Positions 39,189 through 48,800 of a stretch of DNA of 64,000 bases are shown here, piece after piece. The DNA comes from Dehalococcoidia bacterium. Lineage in GTDB: Bacteria; Chloroflexota; Dehalococcoidia; DSTF01; RBG-16-68-14. The notes beneath the pieces were generated by a model. The model saw only the letters and a list, made by a program, of their open reading frames with translations, was not told the origin of the DNA and made no database searches. Numbering within the stretch: the first letter of the stretch is position 1; the number at the start of each line of letters is the position of its first letter. Location: NCBI GenBank assembly GCA_040882355.1, contig JBBEBM010000004.1:1-64000 (forward strand), read 5' to 3'. Made by a program: the position numbers and the translations under genes.

Positions 39189-39436
39189 TGAGATCGTACC
39201 CCCTCTTGATTGGGACGCCACTACTGGCGCTATCGCGCCGTCTTCTAGAGGAATATTCGGCTAACGGCCGTGTTGATTTAGTGCCCAATTGGGGATATTT
39301 CTCGCGAATGAGGCGCGGGCGGGTCCGGACCAGAGCCGCTCGGGCTCGGGTCGCGGGGCTGGCAGACCGCCAGAGCAGTACAATGAGCGAGGCTTGGTGA
39401 CATAACCTGGCCCGGGGTGCCGTTTTCGATACGAAG

Positions 39437-41005
39437 ATGAGGATGCTCAGACAGACCGGGTTCGCCCTGGCGCCAGCCCTCGTGCTACTGGCGACACTCC
39501 TCGCGCTGCCTTCGGGTGGCCCCCCGGCCTCGGCGGCGGGCGCGACATCTATCTCCGCGAGTCTGGACCACACGTGCGCTGTCACCGCGGGCGGCGGCGC
39601 CAGGTGCTGGGGAAGCAACGGCTTCGGCCAATTGGGCGATGGTACCATGACGCCTCGCGCGGAGCCGGTCGACGTCACCGGCCTGACGAGCGGCGTCGTG
39701 GCGATAAGCGCAGGGGAGTACCACACCTGCGCGCTGCTGGCGGGCGGCGGTGTGAAATGCTGGGGCGGCAACTTCAAGGGGCAGCTCGGCGACGGCACGA
39801 CGGTCCAGCGACCGCTGCCGGTCGACGTGATGACGCTCAGCAGCGGCGTCACAGCGATCGCCGCCGGCGGGAATCACACGTGCGCCCGCACGGCCGCGGG
39901 TGGCGCGAAGTGTTGGGGCGACAACGTCGATGCGCAGCTCGGCGCGCCAGCCAGCGACGACTGCGACCCTGGCCCGCTCCTCGATCTCTGCAGCAAGACG
40001 CCACAGAACGTGTCGGGCCTGACCAGCGGTGTGGCAACGGTCGAGGCCGGTCGCTACCACACCTGCGCGCTGACCACCGGCGGCGGCGCAAAGTGCTGGG
40101 GCCACAACTTCCTGGGTCAGGTGGGCAATGGGGCGCCTCCCGGCTATGTCATGACGCCCGCAAACGTCAGCGGGCTCACCAGTGGAGTGGCGTCGATCGA
40201 GCTAGGTGCCTTCCACACCTGCGCTATCACGACGGGCGGCGCCGCTAAGTGCTGGGGGACGAACGTAGACGGCCAGCTTGGCGCCAACTCGACGGATCTG
40301 TGCAGTGGGAGCCCGTGCGCGCGCACGCCAATCGTCGTCGCAGGGCTGGAGGGCAGCATTACGAGCATCGACGGTGGTCGCCACCACACTTGCGCAACGA
40401 TGGTCGCGGGCGGCGTGAGGTGCTGGGGCGACAACGATTTCGGCCAGCTCGGCGATGGTACGACGACACCGCACTCCGTGCCGGCGGCCGTAGATGGTCT
40501 GTCTGGCGGCAAGGCGGCGCTGGCGGTCGGCGGCTTCCACTCTTGCGCGCTGCCTTACTCAGGCACGCTCCAGTGTTGGGGCGCGAACGGCGCGGGCCAG
40601 GTAGGCGACGGGTCGGGAATGGGCCGGCTGGCGCCCGTGACTGTCTCCGGCATGGGCGCGAAGGAGCTGCCAACGCCGACATCGACATTCACGCCTACCA
40701 TCACGCCCACCCCTACGATTACGCCTACCCCGACCGTCACACTGACGCCAACCAACACCCCCACGCCGACACCGACGAACACCCCGCCGCCACCGCCACC
40801 CTGCCCCGGCGATGTCACCGGCGACCTCGTCGTTACCGTGACCGACATCGCTGAGGTGGTGGCGCACTTCGGCCACAGCGAGGCGGCCGACCCGGCGAAG
40901 TGGGCCGCGCACGAGGACGCGCGCCGGGACGTGAACGGCGACGGCGCGATCACCGCCGGCGACATCGCTCTGGTCGTGGCCGAATACGGCAGCGTCTGCT
41001 CGTAA
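39437..41005 (+). CDS. Secreted RCC1-repeat protein with PT linker and dockerin-like C-terminus
   Basis: Signal peptide; seven HTCA...CWG.N..GQLG repeats; PTPT linker; GDVTGD...DVNGDG.ITAGDI. Confidence 0.88.
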   Translation: MRMLRQTGFALAPALVLLATLLALPSGGPPASAAGATSISASLDHTCAVTAGGGARCWGSNGFGQLGDGTMTPRAEPVDVTGLTSGVVAISAGEYHTCALLAGGGVKCWGGNFKGQLGDGTTVQRPLPVDVMTLSSGVTAIAAGGNHTCARTAAGGAKCWGDNVDAQLGAPASDDCDPGPLLDLCSKTPQNVSGLTSGVATVEAGRYHTCALTTGGGAKCWGHNFLGQVGNGAPPGYVMTPANVSGLTSGVASIELGAFHTCAITTGGAAKCWGTNVDGQLGANSTDLCSGSPCARTPIVVAGLEGSITSIDGGRHHTCATMVAGGVRCWGDNDFGQLGDGTTTPHSVPAAVDGLSGGKAALAVGGFHSCALPYSGTLQCWGANGAGQVGDGSGMGRLAPVTVSGMGAKELPTPTSTFTPTITPTPTITPTPTVTLTPTNTPTPTPTNTPPPPPPCPGDVTGDLVVTVTDIAEVVAHFGHSEAADPAKWAAHEDARRDVNGDGAITAGDIALVVAEYGSVCS

Positions 41006-41034
41006 CGCCACGATGGCGTGGTACGATGGGCGGC

Positions 41035-41796
41035 ATGTTGATCGACCTGCCGCCAAACGCCCGCGAGCCGCTGCGACCGCTCTTCGAAGACTTCCCCGGC
41101 CTGCACGGTTGCCTTCACGCCGTGCTCGAGGGAACGATGGGCAGCGCGCGGGCAGATGATGCCCTGCGCCCGACCGTGGCCCTGCTTGACCTCGACTTCT
41201 CATTCCTCGCCGGCGATCCCGATGCCCCGCCTGCGGAAGAGGCTGTCCGCTCGCTGCAACTGCCCGCGTTTCTCGTCCTGTCGAGCGCCAGTTGGGAGCC
41301 GCCGCTGCGCCGGGTCTGGGGCGACGCCGTCGCGACGCGCACGCGTGTGGCGTTCCGGCCGGGCGTGTGGGACCCGCGGCGGCTCCGCGAGATCCGCGAG
41401 GCGTTGCCCGATGGCTTCTCGATCAAACGCATTGCTCTTGAAGACGCGGCGCGGTTCGCGGAGCTGGCCGGCTCCCTGGTGTACAACTTTCCGTCGCTTG
41501 AGGAGTTCGTGGCGAAAGGCGCCGGCTATGGCGTCGAGCACGAGGGGCGGTTCGTCTCCGGCTGCTCGTCGTTCGCCGTGAGCAGCCGGAGCCTGGAGGT
41601 CGACATCCAGACGCACCCGGACTTCCGACGCCGCGGCCTTGCTTGCGCGAGCGCTGCGGCGATGATCGAGCACTGTATCGAGCGAGGTCTCGAGCCTTGC
41701 TGGGACGCGCAAAACGAGATGTCGGCGGCCCTTGCGACGAAGCTGGGCTTCGCGGAGCCGGCGCCGTACACGTCGTACGAGATCCGCGCGAGGTAG
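41035..41796 (+). CDS. GNAT family N-acetyltransferase
   Basis: EVDIQTHPDFRRRGLA, PCWDAQNEMSAALATKLGF; probable leaderless start. Confidence 0.88.
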   Translation: MLIDLPPNAREPLRPLFEDFPGLHGCLHAVLEGTMGSARADDALRPTVALLDLDFSFLAGDPDAPPAEEAVRSLQLPAFLVLSSASWEPPLRRVWGDAVATRTRVAFRPGVWDPRRLREIREALPDGFSIKRIALEDAARFAELAGSLVYNFPSLEEFVAKGAGYGVEHEGRFVSGCSSFAVSSRSLEVDIQTHPDFRRRGLACASAAAMIEHCIERGLEPCWDAQNEMSAALATKLGFAEPAPYTSYEIRAR

Positions 41797-41929
41797 CCGC
41801 CGAGCCGGTAGGACGGCCGGCATACGCGACCTACGTCACGGTGCTCGCGAAGCTGGCATCGCGCTCGCGATGTCCTCTAGAATTGGGCATTAAGCAGACT
41901 GGCGGAGGTTCGGAGAACCAAGGCTGGAT

Positions 41930-42862
41930 ATGACGCAGAAGTTTCGCTTCGGGATTCAGACCTCAAACGCCGGATCGCCGGGCGAGTGGGCCGCCAAAGC
42001 GCGCAGGATCGAGGAGCTAGGCTTCTCCACGCTCTTCATTCCGGACCACTTCACGGAGCAGCTCGCGCCGATCCCGGCGCTGGTCGCTGCTGCGAACGCG
42101 ACAAGCACGCTCAGGGTCGGCACGCTCGTGCTCGACAACGACTACCGTCACCCGCTCGTGCTGGCGAAGGAGTGGGCGACGCTGGACGTGCTGTCAGCCG
42201 GCCGGACCGAGCTGGGCGTGGGAGCGGGCTGGATGCGCAGCGACTACGAGCAGTCAGGCATTCCGCTCGATCCTCCTGGCGTACGCATCAAACGCTTTCG
42301 CGAGGGACTGCGGATCGTGAAGGGCCTGTTCGCGGACGGCCCGTTCTCGTTCGCGGGCGAGTTCTACACGGTGACAGAGCACGAGGGCACGCCGAAGCCG
42401 GTGCAACAGCCGCACCCACCGATCCTGATCGGCGGCGGAGGCAAGCGGGTGCTCTCGATCGCCGCCAGGGAGGCGGACATCGTTGGGGTGAACTTCTCGC
42501 TGGCGGAGGGTGAGGTGAACCCGAAGGTCGCGGTCACCGGCAGCGCCGCCGCTACGCGCGAGAAGATCCAGTGGATCCGCGACGCGGCGGGCGACCGCTT
42601 CGACGAGCTGGAGCTGAACGTGACGGTCTTCTTCACGGTTGTGACGGATGACCGGCAGGCGATGGCGGAGCGGCTGGCGCCGGGGTTTGGTCTGACGCCT
42701 GAGGACGTGCTGTCGTCGCCGCACGTCGCCATCGGGACGGCGGACCAGATCGCTGAGAGCTTGCAGCGCCACCGCGAGGAGTACGGCTTCTCGTATATCG
42801 TATTCTCAGGCGACGTATTCGATGCGATCGCGCCAGTGGTGGCGCGGCTGGCCGGAACGTGA
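41930..42862 (+). CDS. LLM-class F420-dependent oxidoreductase
   Basis: PDHF, GTLVLDNDYRHP, GVGAGW, PKPVQQPHPPILIGGGG. Confidence 0.9.
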   Translation: MTQKFRFGIQTSNAGSPGEWAAKARRIEELGFSTLFIPDHFTEQLAPIPALVAAANATSTLRVGTLVLDNDYRHPLVLAKEWATLDVLSAGRTELGVGAGWMRSDYEQSGIPLDPPGVRIKRFREGLRIVKGLFADGPFSFAGEFYTVTEHEGTPKPVQQPHPPILIGGGGKRVLSIAAREADIVGVNFSLAEGEVNPKVAVTGSAAATREKIQWIRDAAGDRFDELELNVTVFFTVVTDDRQAMAERLAPGFGLTPEDVLSSPHVAIGTADQIAESLQRHREEYGFSYIVFSGDVFDAIAPVVARLAGT

Positions 42863-42893
42863 TGAAACGTAAGGAGCGAAAGGAAGGAACAGG

Positions 42894-43196
42894 ATGCCCA
42901 TGAAGATCACCGCGCGCAGGGCGACCGAGGTACCACAGCCCACGGCAGCGGGCAAGGTAAACGAAGACCTGGAGGCGCTGAAGGCCGCCATGGTCAAGCT
43001 GCCGGCGGGGAGCGTGCTGGAAGTGGAAGTGGAACGCGGGCGGACGGCGCGCGGCGTGAAGGCGCAGATCACCAGGGCGGGCAAGCAGCTCGGCGCCATG
43101 TGGAAGCACTGGGACTCGGGCAACAAGGTCTACGCCAAGCCGGCGCGCCGCAAGCGCGGCCCGAAGCCCGGCACGCGTCGCAAGAAGCGCGCCTGA
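42894..43196 (+). CDS. Small basic hypothetical protein
   Basis: Purine-rich RBS; GC3-rich ORF; C-terminal RRKRGPKPGTRRKKR. Confidence 0.7.
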   Translation: MPMKITARRATEVPQPTAAGKVNEDLEALKAAMVKLPAGSVLEVEVERGRTARGVKAQITRAGKQLGAMWKHWDSGNKVYAKPARRKRGPKPGTRRKKRA

Positions 43197-43307
43197 CACT
43201 CTGCGGCGCCCAGCGCCGCACAGGGGCGTTCGACGGCGACGGGCGAGCGTCGCGCCTGGCCGCACAGGCCATGAGGCGTCGACGCGTGTAATTTCGGCTG
43301 TGCCGGG

Positions 43308-44759
43308 TTAGCGCAGGCCGTCGACGGCGGGCTCCGCAGAGTCCTCCAGCGCGCGGCTCACGAAATCGCCGTCGCCGAGCAGAGACTCCTCCGGGATGTA
43401 CATGCGGCCGTAGCGCTCGAGGTAGACGAGCTGCTTCATCGAGAGGAAGCCCATGCGCATCGTGGGGTTCTCGAAGGCGCCGGCCACCACTGCCCCCTGG
43501 TACGCCTTCCCCGCCGCGCGCATGACCCGCCAGCGGTCCATGAGGGAGCGTCGCGGCGGCGCTTCGCCGGTCGCCTTGCGGATCACGTCGTCGCCGTTCA
43601 TGAGCAGCTCGCCCATGCTCACCTCGCTCAGCGGCTTCGTGAGCACCGGTTCGAAGGTCTCACGGGCGAAGTGGTGGATCTGATCGTCCGTGAGGCCGAG
43701 CGCTCGCAGGCCGACGCCGTTCGTCTCGATCATCATCTCGCCGATGTCCTTCCAGGCCCACTCCATGCCAAGCGACGCCTGGCAGAGCCGGCGAAAGATC
43801 CGTCGCGAGTCGTCGTCCATGCGCGCGACGATCCCCCAGTCGATCATGCCGAGCCGGCCATCGCGCAGCAGGAGCAGGTTGCCCGCGTGGATGTCGGCGT
43901 GGAACGCGCCGACGCGCAAGCCGGTGAGCACCCACGCCTTCAGCAGCTCCCGCACGAGCCGGGTCGGGTCGATTCCGGCTGACTGAGCGTGCGCGAGGTC
44001 GTCGATGGGCGCGCCGTCCAGCAGCTCCATCGTGACGACGCGGCGGGCCGTAAGCTCGTGATGCACCCGCGGTATGACCAGCAGCGAGAGGCCGTACTGC
44101 TCGTAGAGGCCGCGGAAGACGTCCATGCTTCGCGCCTCGTTGCGCAGGTTCAGCTCTTCGGCGATCTGGGCCCGTAGCCCGACCATCAACCCGACCATGT
44201 TGTAGGCCTGATCGACACCGCGCGCCGCCATGAAGCGCGAGAACCACTCCATCATCGCTAGGTCGGTGGCGACGGTCTGTTCGATGCCGGGACGCAGCAC
44301 CTTCACCGCCACGGGCGTCCCGTCTTGCAGCGTCGCGCTGTGCACCACGGCGATCGACGCTGCCGCAAGGGGCGTTTCGCTGAATGTCGCGAACGTGTCT
44401 TCGAGCGGGCGCTCCAGCTCCGACTCGATCGTGTCGCGGACCTGCTTGAAAGGCACGCTCGGCCCGGCATCGAGGCAGTCCCGGAACTCCTCGGCGACCG
44501 ATTCGCCGACGATGCCGGGCGCCGACGCGACGAACTGGCCGAACTTCACGTAAGTAGCGCCCAGCCGTTCGAACACGGAGCGGGCCGCCCGGGCCGGGTT
44601 CGTGTTCCTGCGAGCCACCCTCCCGAGGACGGCCGGCGTCATGTGGCGCGCGCCCAGCGCCCACACGCGAAGCAGGCGACGGGTGCCGGCGACCTTACTG
44701 GCGCTCGGCAGGGGCGCGGGCGTCACGCCAAGCTCGACCTGCTCAGTCGCTTCAACCAT
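43308..44759 (-). CDS. ABC1/UbiB atypical kinase
   Basis: LGATYVKFGQF, AAASIAVVH, VAVKVLRPG, EELNL..EA, FHADIHAGN, IDWG. Confidence 0.92.
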   Translation of the reverse strand: MVEATEQVELGVTPAPLPSASKVAGTRRLLRVWALGARHMTPAVLGRVARRNTNPARAARSVFERLGATYVKFGQFVASAPGIVGESVAEEFRDCLDAGPSVPFKQVRDTIESELERPLEDTFATFSETPLAAASIAVVHSATLQDGTPVAVKVLRPGIEQTVATDLAMMEWFSRFMAARGVDQAYNMVGLMVGLRAQIAEELNLRNEARSMDVFRGLYEQYGLSLLVIPRVHHELTARRVVTMELLDGAPIDDLAHAQSAGIDPTRLVRELLKAWVLTGLRVGAFHADIHAGNLLLLRDGRLGMIDWGIVARMDDDSRRIFRRLCQASLGMEWAWKDIGEMMIETNGVGLRALGLTDDQIHHFARETFEPVLTKPLSEVSMGELLMNGDDVIRKATGEAPPRRSLMDRWRVMRAAGKAYQGAVVAGAFENPTMRMGFLSMKQLVYLERYGRMYIPEESLLGDGDFVSRALEDSAEPAVDGLR

Positions 44760-44903
44760 CGCCCACACCATACCGCAGTTTGTGAACGAGCGCACGAACG
44801 GCGTCTACGCGCCGCTCCGGGGGTTGACACGCCCGCAGGTTCACGACTACAACACTGCACAGGCATCGTTCGGAGGAGGACGTGACGTGAAACGAGGAGC
44901 GCT

Positions 44904-45746
44904 GTGGAAGAGCTGACCGCGATGGTCACGGAACGCCCGTACGTGCTGGCGTTCCTCGCCTCGTTCCTCGTGATCTCGGGCGCCGAGCGGGGCTGGCTGC
45001 GCACGGCGTTCTGGCTTGCGAGCGGGACGATCCTGGGCTGGTTGATGGAGTTCAGCAGCACCCGCAACGCCTTCCCCTTCGGCATGTACGACTACCACAC
45101 AGAGCACTTTCCGGACGAGCTGTTCATCGGCGGGGTGCCGCTGTTCGCTTCGTTCAGCTTCGCATTCCTGCCGTACTTCGCCTACTCCGTCGCCTGCACC
45201 CTCTTGTCGCCGCTGGAGCGCCGCGACGGCGACATCCAGCGCGAGGCCGACCCGCGCATCGACAACTCGCTCCGGGTGCTCGCGCTGGCCGCGCTGATCA
45301 CGACCTGGGTCGATTTGGTGATCGACCCGGTCGCGCTGCTCGGCCGGCACTGGTTCCTGGGCGACCTCTACTCGTACGAGGAGGACGGCTTCCACTTCGG
45401 CGTGCCACTCAGCAACTACGCCGGCTGGGTCCTCACCGCCCTCCTGGTTGTCTTCGTGAACCAGCGGTTCGATGTCTGGCTGCGCGGCCGTGGCGTTGGG
45501 CCCGGTGGCTTCTACCTGCCCTTGAAGCCGCTCTGGGCTGTCGGCAGCGTGCTTGGCAACTTCGGCTTCATGCTCGGCATCACGACCTACCTGATCGCCT
45601 CGGACGCTGCCCCGGATGAGCCGCTGGGCGCCGTCCTGCTCTCAGGTTTGGCCCTGAGCGCCCTCTTCGTGCTGTTCGCGGGGTTCATGATCCGGCGAGG
45701 CCTGGCCCAGGGCGAGCTGGCATCGGCTCCCTCCGCTGCGACCTAG
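44904..45746 (+). CDS. Carotenoid biosynthesis membrane protein, CruF/DUF422-like hydratase
   Basis: FPFGMYDY, GGVPL, DLVIDP, HFGVPLSNYAGW. Confidence 0.8.
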   Translation: MEELTAMVTERPYVLAFLASFLVISGAERGWLRTAFWLASGTILGWLMEFSSTRNAFPFGMYDYHTEHFPDELFIGGVPLFASFSFAFLPYFAYSVACTLLSPLERRDGDIQREADPRIDNSLRVLALAALITTWVDLVIDPVALLGRHWFLGDLYSYEEDGFHFGVPLSNYAGWVLTALLVVFVNQRFDVWLRGRGVGPGGFYLPLKPLWAVGSVLGNFGFMLGITTYLIASDAAPDEPLGAVLLSGLALSALFVLFAGFMIRRGLAQGELASAPSAAT

Positions 45747-45816
45747 GCAGGCTTCCCGCCTCGAAACGCCTCATACTGCGCCTTCGTTCTAACGAATGAA
45801 GGCTCGCGAACCCGAA

Positions 45817-45844
45817 TTGACACGCGCGGTTCCGGTGTTATGCT
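45817..45844 (+). promoter_or_regulatory. Sigma70 promoter for the giant surface protein
   Basis: TTGACA-N16-TATGCT with TG extension; upstream hairpin GCCTTCGTT...AACGAATGAAGGC. Confidence 0.55.
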
Positions 45845-45884
45845 AAGACGTACCCCGCCTAATAGCTTTGCTAGAGGTGAGTCT

Positions 45885-48800
45885 TTGCGCTCCCGGCGAG
45901 GTCTTCTGCTCCCCATCATCTGCGGCCTGATTGCGGCCAGCGGCATCTTCTGGTCGCCCGCCGCGGCGAACCCGCCCTCGACTGTTGGGGGCGTTATCAG
46001 CGTCTCGCTCGGCGGTCACCATACCTGCGCCCTGGTCGAAGACGACCCGGGAACGCCCGGCTACGGCGTCAAGTGCTGGGGCGGCAACAGCGCGGGCCAG
46101 TTAGGCATCAACACACAATCCGATTTCTCGGCACCCGTCAGCGTCTCGGGCCTAGAGGGCGGCGTCACGGCGATCGCGACCGGCTTCCAGCACACCTGCG
46201 CCGTCATGACGACGACTCGCCTCAAGTGCTGGGGCGACAACAGCTATGGCCAAGTTGGAAATGGCACCAGCGGCAACGTGTGGCTCGGCGCTATCGAGGT
46301 GTGCACGAGCGGCGCCGGCTTCGGCTGCGTCGGAGGCGCGCCGCTCACGGGCGTCGTCGGCGTCAGCGCCGGCGACCGCCACACCTGCGCCCTGATCGAC
46401 GACGGCCCGGAGGCGACGGGCGAGACGCTTCGGTGCTGGGGCGGCAATCACCTGGGCCAGTTAGGCACGGGCGACGGCGGCGACGACGCGCCGTTCCAGC
46501 CCCTGCCCGTCGCGCCATCAGGGCCCAACTTCATCAGCGTCTCGGCGGGCGGCCACAACACGTGCGCGGTCAACACGTCGGGCGTGCTGTTCTGCTGGGG
46601 GAACAACTTCAGCGGCCAGCTCGGTACCGGCAGCGCACCCGACACGGACTCGAGCAACGGCAGTATGGGTAGCAGCGATCCGTGCTCGGCCGGCATCGAA
46701 GACGAGGCGATGTGTATCTCGACGCCGGTCGCCGTCCCCGGTCTCGTCCCAACCGTTGGCGTCAGCGCGGGCCAGACGACATGCGCGCTGACCACCGCCG
46801 GCGGGGCCAAGTGCTGGGGCTTCAACGCCCACGGCGAGGTGGGCAACGGCACACGGGTAACCGTGATCGACGAGCCCCAGAACATCGGCTTCGCAGAACC
46901 GGACCCTCAGGACGTGACCGGGCTCGCCAGCGGCGTCGCCCAGATCGGCGATAGCTGCGCGCTTACCGTGACCGATGCGGTCCTCTGCTGGGGCGACAAC
47001 ATCTACGGCGGCGTCGGCTCCGGAGTGCTTGACCTTTCGGATTCCAATGAGCTGACCCCGGTCACCGTGGTTGGGCTCAGCAGCGGCGTCGAGTCCATCG
47101 GAACGAGCGCGCACAACTGCGCTGTCATGACGGTGGGCAACGTGAAGTGTTGGGGCCTGAACAACTTCTACCAGCTCGGTGCGCCGTCGGACATATGCTA
47201 TCCGGGCGGTGTCTTCGCCCAGCCCTGCAGCCCAACGCCGCTCGAGGTCCTCTTTGCCTTCGTCGTCAACTCCACGGATGACGAAGGCGACTTCTCGACA
47301 GCCGACAACATCTGCGAAGCCGACGCGCCCGGCGTTCCTGGCGTCCGTTGCACACTGGCGGCTGCCATCGAGCAGGCGAATGCAACGCCCGGGCCGAATA
47401 CGATTCTTTTCGGCATTCCGGGCACGGCACCGTTCGTGTTCCAGCCGGGCTCAGCATACCCGGAGATCACCGAGCGCCTGACCATCGACGCCACGAGCCA
47501 GCCGGGCTACGCACCGGGTGCCCCGGTTGTCGTCCTCGACGGCACGAATGCCGGCGAAGACGTGGATGGATTGCGTCTGAGTGGCGGCCTGAGCAAGGTA
47601 CGCGGGCTGGTCATTGGGGGCTTCTCGCGGGACGGAATCGTCCTCGCGGATTCGAGCGCGACCGTCGTCGAAGCGAACTTCATCGGCGTGAACCAGACTG
47701 GCGCCGCGGCGTTCGGCAACGGCGGCGCTGGCATTGCGGTCACGAATTCAGCGCACAACATCATCGGCGGCATCACGAAGGCCAACGTGCGTAACGTGAT
47801 CTCGGGCAACGGTGGGTCGGGCATCGGTATCTCCGGCGGCGAATCGGACGGCAACGTAATCCAAGGCAACTACATCGGCACACTCGCGGATGGCGAGACG
47901 GCGCTCGGCAATGACCTCGGTATCCACGTCACCAGTTCGGGCGGCACAATCGACGGCACGATCATCGGCGGCGACGATCCAGCCGCGCGCAACGTCATCT
48001 CGGCAAACGAGGATTACGGTGTCATCATCGAGCACGGCGTCGCCAGCGTGATCGAGAACAACCGCATCGGCACCGACTTTTCCGGCCTGCACACCGACCC
48101 GGACGGCCAGCCGGACACCGGCGACGAGCTCGGCAACGGCTCCGCCGGGGTCGGCCTGTCCGGCGGCACGGAAAGTACTCATGTGCGCAACAATGTGATC
48201 TCCGGCAACCAGGTGGGCGTCTATATCTTCACACCCAACCCAGCCTCGCCGAGTAGCTTCAACCTGGTCGTCGGGAACAAGATCGGCGTCGACGTGCTGG
48301 GAGAGACGGCGTTGCCCAATCAGGGTGACGGCGTGAACATCGAGAACTCGCCAGCCAACTCGATCGGCAGCCCGATCGATGGCGAGGCGAACGTGATCTC
48401 CGGCAACGGCGCGTCCGGCGTGGAGATCGTCGGCGCAGCGTCGACGAGCAACGACGTCCGTGCCAACTTCATCGGCACGGACGATGACGGCCAGGAGGCG
48501 GTCGCCAACGGCCTCTTCGGGATAGCGCTCACAGGCGGCGCCACGAGCAACACAATCGGTGACGACACGGCGGCCAGCTTCGGCAACGTCATCGCCGGCC
48601 ATGAAACAGCCGGGGTCTTCATCGAGGCGGGCAGCGACAGTAACGTTATCGGTCACAACTACATCGGTACCGACTTCTCAGGTACCGAAACCGACCCGGA
48701 CGGCGTGCCCGCCAGCGGCGACGAGCTGGGCAACGACGTCGGCGTCTACATCCAGAACAGCGACGCCAACCAGCTCATCAAGAACCTCATCTCCGGCAAC

